A DNA stretch of 63,749 nucleotides, the filler included. It is 7 parts of 7 records of this genome, joined end to end, with 100 filler letters (N's around TTAATTAATTAA, not from the genome) between each part and the next. Parts side by side here need not be neighbours in the genome. Positions count along the whole stretch, not along the records: positions 58,699 to 63,749 come from SRR31156797_23772; 6 more parts are not named here. One strand, 5' to 3'. How positions within the stretch are numbered: the first letter of the stretch is position 1; each line of letters starts with the position of its first letter. Below, piece after piece: positions 62,435 to 63,749 of this stretch. The position numbers were made by a program, and so were the translations under genes. The notes beneath the pieces are model-generated. The model ran no database searches and was not told the origin of the DNA. It was given only the letters and a program-made list of their open reading frames with translations.

Positions 62435-63172
62435 GTGAAGGGACTTAACGGGCGCAGAAGCGTTACGCTGTTTTCTCTGCTGGTCTATCTTCTCGTCTGG
62501 AAACTCGCCTCCCTGTTCATAGGGAAGGCGATCATCCTTCCGCCTCCCGAAGAGGTTTTCCTCAGAACCCTGTCCCTGCTTGCGGGGGGGCAGGCCTGGG
62601 GGCGCATCCTGGCCACCGCTCTGAGGGCGCTGGGTGGGTTCGGCATCAGTCTGCTGCTGGGCATCCTGACAGGTCTTGCCGCGGGGAGGATCAGGCTCTT
62701 CCGTGAGTTCAGCGATCCCTTTCTTATCAGCATCCGCTCCGTTCCCGTGCTCTCTCTGATCCTCCTGGCCATTATCTGGTTCCCTACCGAGCTGGTGCCC
62801 GTGTTTATCTGCTTCCTCGTCGTCTATCCCGTGGTGGCCGGGGCGGTGGCCGCCGGTGTGAGGGGAGTGGATCCGGAGCTCCTGGAACTGGCGAGGGTCT
62901 ACCGGAAGCCTCCCGACGTGGTTCTGAGGCAGATCATACTCCCGTCGATGGCGCCCTATCTCCTCAGCGGGATATCGACGGGTCTGGGGCTGACCTGGAA
63001 GTCCGTTGTGGCCGCTGAGATCCTCTGCATGCCCAGGCGCGGCATCGGAGCGTCCATGCAGGATGCCCAGCTGCAGCTGGACACTCCGGGGCTTTTCGCC
63101 TGGACCGTGGTGATCGTAATCCTGGCCGCGTGCAGTGAATTTCTTGTGAGAAAGATGGAGAGGAAGGAATGA
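62435..63172 (+). CDS. NitT/TauT-type ABC transporter permease
   Basis: ILPPP, LLELARVY...IILPS, WKSVVAAEIL. Confidence 0.9.
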   Translation: MKGLNGRRSVTLFSLLVYLLVWKLASLFIGKAIILPPPEEVFLRTLSLLAGGQAWGRILATALRALGGFGISLLLGILTGLAAGRIRLFREFSDPFLISIRSVPVLSLILLAIIWFPTELVPVFICFLVVYPVVAGAVAAGVRGVDPELLELARVYRKPPDVVLRQIILPSMAPYLLSGISTGLGLTWKSVVAAEILCMPRRGIGASMQDAQLQLDTPGLFAWTVVIVILAACSEFLVRKMERKE

Positions 63173-63749
63173 TACGCTGGGACGGCTGCAGCTTTTCATA
63201 CGACCGGCTCCGCATTCTGGATGGCTTCAGCTACAGGACGGCGGGGAAGGGCTGTACGGTTCTTCTGGGGCCTTCGGGCTGCGGAAAGACCACCCTGCTG
63301 CATCTGGCGGCGGGGCTGCTGGAATGCGCGGAAGGGAGCGTGGACACATCGGAGGAGAGTCTGAGTTACCTTTTTCAGAAGCCCCGGCTCCTCCCCTGGA
63401 AAAATGTTCGGGAGAACATCGCCTTCGCCCTTCCCGAAGAGATCTCCCGTCGGGAGAAGGCCGAACGGGCGGAAGCCCTGATCAAAAGCGTTGGCCTGGA
63501 GGGCTTCGAGGATTATCCGCCTTCCCGTCTGAGCGGAGGCATGGAACAGCGCTGCGCCATCGCCAGGGCCTTCGCCCCCGATTCCCCTCTGGTCCTGATG
63601 GACGAGCCCTTCAAGGGGCTGGACCTGCGCCTTAAGATGCCCTTGATCCATCTCCTGACCGGGATGCTGGGACGCCGCCGCTGTTCCTCCGTGCTGGTTA
63701 CCCACGACGTACGGGAGGCCATCCTGATGGGGGATCGCATCCTGACCCT
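63169..63749 (+). CDS. ABC transporter ATP-binding protein, runs off the window (not in ORF track)
   Basis: ATGA overlap with the permease stop; GPSGCGKTT, FQKPRLLPW, LSGGMEQR, LMDEPF, LVTHD. Confidence 0.93.
   Translation, partial: MIRWDGCSFSYDRLRILDGFSYRTAGKGCTVLLGPSGCGKTTLLHLAAGLLECAEGSVDTSEESLSYLFQKPRLLPWKNVRENIAFALPEEISRREKAERAEALIKSVGLEGFEDYPPSRLSGGMEQRCAIARAFAPDSPLVLMDEPFKGLDLRLKMPLIHLLTGMLGRRRCSSVLVTHDVREAILMGDRILT

Noticed and set aside
61568..63199. 543-aa minus-strand ORF
   Set aside because: Antisense shadow of the ABC binding-protein and permease genes.

Overview
This window is not one locus. It is seven unrelated bacterial contigs joined by artificial 100-nt spacers (N44-TTAATTAATTAA-N44), so nothing should be inferred across the joins. 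Taxonomic labels are inferred from protein sequence, gene order and base composition. (1) 1-12190, AT-rich, deltaproteobacteria-like lineage: a UDG-fold protein, a TSP3-repeat/VWA lipoprotein, sulfurtransferase-deoB, Cys-rich and EGF-like lipoproteins, rpsF-rpsR-rplI-dnaB-thiE-thiC-DUF2062 with an S6:S18 leader, and a partial FGE-family gene. (2) 12291-19070, Desulfobacterales-like: tuf-rpmG-tRNA-Trp-secE-nusG-rplK-rplA-rplJ-rplL-rpoB. (3) 19171-36926, Vibrio core region from tkt/metK to mltC and tRNA-Phe. (4) 37027-43016: a RAYT-like HUH transposase 3' part, a PPC-domain gene and gltBD. (5) 43117-53154, GC-rich alphaproteobacterium: LarA-family gene, catalytically degenerate HtrA-like protein, thermonuclease, M20 hydrolase, Cys-rich USP, tRNA-Thr, murA and a DHPS catabolic cluster (hpsM-N-O-P). 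(6) 53255-58598, Campylobacterota: purD-RDD-lptD-PRTase-pnp. (7) 58699-63749, probably a spirochaete: LysE, 7TM-PAS-GGDEF cyclase, parvulin and a NitT/TauT ABC transporter. Most content is housekeeping. I found no CRISPR array, prophage or recognisable defence system. The best leads are the repeated TGG(G/A)TGTCA motifs around a gene next to the HUH transposase, the eukaryote-like lipoprotein set and hybrid UDG-like protein of contig 1, the triad-less HtrA-like protein, and a structured GGA-loop element in the Vibrio contig.
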